Below are positions 59,975 through 64,000 of a stretch of 64,000 nt of DNA, in pieces. Location of the stretch: positions 81,780,001 through 81,844,000 of the forward strand of contig NW_024704742.1 in the NCBI RefSeq assembly GCF_018977255.1. The letters are read 5' to 3'. Source of the DNA: Callorhinchus milii. Taxonomy: Eukaryota. Position numbers and translations under genes: made by a program. The notes beneath the pieces were generated by a model, which made no database searches, was not told the origin of the DNA, and was given only the letters and a program-made list of their open reading frames with translations. Positions within the stretch are counted from its first letter, which is position 1. Each line of letters begins with the position of its first letter.

Positions 59975-60990
59975 GGTGTTACCCATCCACCTTGTGCAGG
60001 TACCACCTGCCTCAAAACTGGTCCCTATGATCCAGGAACCTGACGCCCCGCTTTCTGCACCATTTCTCTATCCATGCATTCATGTATTTGATTTTGCTGA
60101 TTTGATACTCACTTGCACGAGACACTGGGAGTAATCCAGAGATCACCACCTTTGATGTCCTACTCTTTAGCTTTTTCCCTAGCTTCTGATACTCTCTCTC
60201 TATAGGATCTCAGCCTTTTCTTTCCCCAACGTCATGGATCCCAAAATGGACCCCAATTTCTGGATGTTCCCCTTCCCCCTGTAGAACGTTTTGCATCCGT
60301 TCCATCGTGTCTTCAACCCTGGCACCAGGGAAGCAACATACCATGTGAGAGTCACGTCTTTGGTTGCAGAAACGCGTATCCACTCCTTTCACCATTGTGT
60401 CCCCAATGACAATTGCATTGGCACTCTTGCCTGTGCCCCCCATGTGTCCATCTGCTTTTGACTCACCTCCCCAGAGGTGTCATCACCCTCACCAGTATTC
60501 AGCACAGGGAATCGGTTTGTGAGTGCCACACTCTCAGGGGATTTTTGCACTGCCTGTCCCCTCTTGCTACCATGCCGGGTGGTCACCCACTCACTCTCCT
60601 TCTGAACCCTCTGTGGCTGTGGGATGACCACCTCCTGAAACGTTCAATCGATGAACTCTTCAGACTCCTGTATGCTATGTATTGACATCAGCCTCTCCTT
60701 GAGCTCAGAAACTCGAGCAGTCACGTGTCTGTGCAGGGAACACAAAGCATCCTGGAGTTCCCACATGGTACACATTGTGCATGCAAGCGGTCTCAGCTGC
60801 CCTCCCTGCCGTATTCCCAGAAATATTTTATATTATTTTTATATAACTTATATATTTTATAATTGAGAACCTCTTTCCCCCTCTGCACCAAATTCCCATT
60901 CTCACTCTGTTCCACCTTATTCAGTTCCCTGCTCGCACTGCTGGGTACTCTACTTCCCAGAAGATGTTTTTTTCCCCCACTTTGTACAAC
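59975..60990 (-). mobile_element. CR1 5' region: ORF1 pseudogene with Cys-motif/coiled-coil N-terminus and SGNH/GDSL esterase domain
   Basis: LACTMCTMWEL...ARVSELKERL, VALTNRFPVL, AIVIGDTMVKGVD...VCCFPGARVED...VHFGIHD; stops and frameshifts. Confidence 0.88.
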
Positions 60991-63499
60991 TGATCTTGCA
61001 GCTGGAGGAGGTAAATGTATTGATTCATCAGTTTATGACCAGTGCGTTGTGGGTTGGAGACATTGGGAGAGTGAGATGGAAAGAATGAAAAACAACAAAT
61101 TGCATTTATGTAGCGCCCTTCATGTGGGGTAGTATCTCGGAACGTGAGTCAAGAAGACAGAAAAATAAAGTTAGAGAGACTCTGACCGAGACTGAGAGGG
61201 AAGGTTTGGTACAGTATAGGACTAAAGTGATAGGATAACATGCCACTCCTTGTTCTTTTTTAGGGAAGTCTAGTGGGTCTAAAGTTGCATGTATGGTTCT
61301 GTCACTTTTCTTGAATATGGGAAGAACATTTGCTTGTTTGCAGAAGAACATTTGCTTGTTTGCAGTCTGTTGGAACTTCCCCATGGTTAAAAGATTTATT
61401 CTCTACACTGACACTGTCTTTTAAAAGGTAGGCTCTCTGAACATGAGGATTATGAGTTGGTACATGTTAGGTTATCAGTAAAGGAACCCATGCTTATTTT
61501 ATTCCATAGTTCTCGTCATCAGGGATCTGGTTCCAGTGTCTTGACACAGTGGAGTAAAACTGGATGAGCAGGAAACAGCACAAGCAGATGTAATGAGAAA
61601 GCCCATCTCTTGAGAGGGCAGTTGAAGGACGTCTGAATATCCACTGATTTGCTTCCAGGGAGGTAGCTGAGTATCTTGGAGACCAAGTAAAACTAAAGGA
61701 TAAGTATGATTCAATTCAACTAGCAAGCCAAGCAGGCTGAGTACTTCATAATATCAGTGAAGAAAAGAGCTCTCAAAAATACCCTTACCATGAAGGTTGG
61801 TTTAATCTTAAAATCTCTTCCTTTACTGATTTGTGACTCAAAACCCTGTCTAGCCTTAGGCAGTAAGGCTATTTTATTTTTAATTTAATCTTATTTAATC
61901 TTTATATTCAAAACCATGCAGAATTGTAGAATGTAGGATTCTTAAATCCAGTATTAGTTTTGAAACCTGTTCTTTTCCAGAAGTGGAAAACTGTTTTTCT
62001 GAATTCAGACTTAAATTAAGAATTTTCTTAAATTAATTTTCTGCAATTCTGCGCAATCTTAAATTTTAAGACAGAATTGTCTTTAACTTAAGACTAGGTG
62101 ACATTTCAATTCTGTAGCCTCTTTAGTGCCTTAGCGCTACATGATTATTGCAAAAATAAAAGGAGTCAGCAGTCACCTACTGGAGTTTTCTATCAAAGCA
62201 CATTCATCCCTGCTAGGCGTTCACCTACAAAACACATAGTCACTTCCCTTTATAGCATGTGAGTGAAGAGCTTGGAGATATGCTCTGTTTGTGAAAGACA
62301 CCTGATCAAATACAAGGATTATTATTATAATGTACTGTTTACTGTAGTGGATAAAATTTGTGGTGTACCTTAATGCTTGCCTCATTTTACACAGCACAAG
62401 GAATGTGTTAACAAATAACTGCAGAATTATTCCTTAATTATGTTGACAGAGGCCTTCTCACTTTCTGGACTTTGAGCTCACCTGGGACTCATTTGTAGTG
62501 TGGATAAACACAGTACCTGTAGCATTGGCAAACTAGAAAACTTTTAGTGCGATTCTCCTGGTGTTCTGGCCAACAGTCCCCAGATTAAAATAAATGGTCA
62601 TTCACCCCATGTCTGTGGGATATTTCTGTGCACAAAATCACTGCCACATTTGCCTAAGTGCACAATCACAACAATTTATAGTAACAATAATCCTTGCACT
62701 AAATATAGCTTTGGCACATTTCGATGACATGATAAGCAATATTTGATTGAAGGATTATCGTTATCAAATCACAAAATGATCGCTTGCTTTTTAGATCAAC
62801 ATCTCTAACAAAACAATCTAATCGTAGGCATAATTGATTATATATGGCTTCCACACAGCTCCCTTTAGACATCTTCAATTGTTTTTGAGCTATCATGGTG
62901 GCAAAAGGTGCAAACAGTGCGGAAAGCTGTGATGTATCACGATCAATATTAGAATGCCATCTATTGTGATTTCACCACGAGTGATATATTTTTTCAAAAA
63001 AGCAGAATAATAGATGGGTAGGAGTGATTACAAGAATTCAATAACCTCATCAAGGGGTTCAGATGAGATCATTAACAGCAAGCGAGAAACCAGGTCTTAC
63101 TGTAATTACTGAGTTACTGGAAAATTACTCTGCTCTATATATTATACATTTAAAGAAAAAATATATAAATTAATTCAATGTCTAATCAACTGCTGGATTC
63201 TTTCTCAAGGGCATCTGATTTTAAGTTGAAACAGGCAATTTTACTATGTATAACTCATTGTGCATCAATGTATTAATGATGGCAGGACCCAACAGATTAA
63301 ACAGTATCATATGAAATAGATTGCCTCCAAAACTAAATCCTACACATGTTGATACATGGTCAAAACATTGCACGGTACACACACCGATAGATGACATGAA
63401 GAAAAATTATTTTGTTGGTCAACCAAAAAGTTGCCGACCACTGCTGTAAAGCGTAGGGACCATTTTGTGGGCAAACATGGGAGACAAGTTAAGTACAGC

Positions 63500-63790
63500 A
63501 ATGTTGCGATTGCATATTTGGGGTGATGGGGACGCAGAGTTTTGGTGCGGGTGAGAATACAGTTGACAGAATTTTAAATCATTGGATTTTATGGATGGTA
63601 GTGCTTGGGAGCCCCATAAGGAGGGATTGGAAAAATTGAGGTGGGAGATGATGAATGGAAGTCGGAGAAAGCGGTTCAAGTCAGAGACCGGATGTGGGGT
63701 AGGCTGGGGGTGAGAAGATGTTGATAGGAGCCAAAATCCCAATAATGGGATTTCTAACGTCCATTTGGACAAGTCAGATGTCAGTTGAGG
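63500..63790 (-). mobile_element. Degraded L2 endonuclease fragment
   Basis: C-rich minus strand, ..PPQLTSDLS..LEIPLLGF.. resembling the endonuclease regions at 46960-47100 and 52480-52600. Confidence 0.55.
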
Positions 63791-64000
63791 AAATTACGGG
63801 GCTTGTCTGTGATGTCCCCTGAGGTCAAATACCCTGCCAACAGGATCGGCTCACATATGAACAATGACAACTTCCTTGATTCATTGGAGAGCACTTGTAG
63901 TGGAACTGCACTCCAGGAGAAGGAAAAATAAATCAAAGGCCATAAGGACAGTGGAAAACTGCTGAAATTAGTATTTTAAAAATATAACAACTTGATGCTG

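Noticed and set aside
61321..61364. Exact 22-bp tandem duplication (similar ones at about 8877-8930 and 35411-35465)
   Set aside because: Two-unit slippage duplications without spacers; not CRISPR-like. This one lies in a CR1 scrap.

Overview
Repeat-rich, AT-rich vertebrate DNA that looks intronic or intergenic. By inference from the repeat content it is a cartilaginous fish, probably a chimaera or elephant-shark type genome. I recognise no host protein-coding gene. Every ORF with clear protein homology comes from a degraded non-LTR retrotransposon: L2-clade copies with (TTG)n tails, and CR1-clade copies with octamer tails, including one esterase-type ORF1. There are more than 20 old Deu-domain tRNA-SINE remnants and about 8 near-complete copies of a younger SINE that appears chimeric (tRNA-Ala(TGC) head + CORE-like segment + 3' half of the Deu domain + L2-derived tail). 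Many insertions are nested and retain readable target-site duplications (TSDs). Other features are a hAT-type MITE with an 8-bp TSD, an unclassified ~600-bp dispersed repeat family (at least 6 copies), a G-rich minisatellite beside a CpG-containing patch, an old local tandem duplication, and several minus-strand segments with good splice signals that may be 5'-UTR or non-coding exons of a large gene. I see no CRISPR array, viral gene, rRNA or genuine tRNA gene, and cannot support a wholly new biological system. The best leads are the chimeric SINE with its L2 partner, the unclassified repeat family and the candidate exon chain. Boundaries of old repeats are approximate, read by eye.
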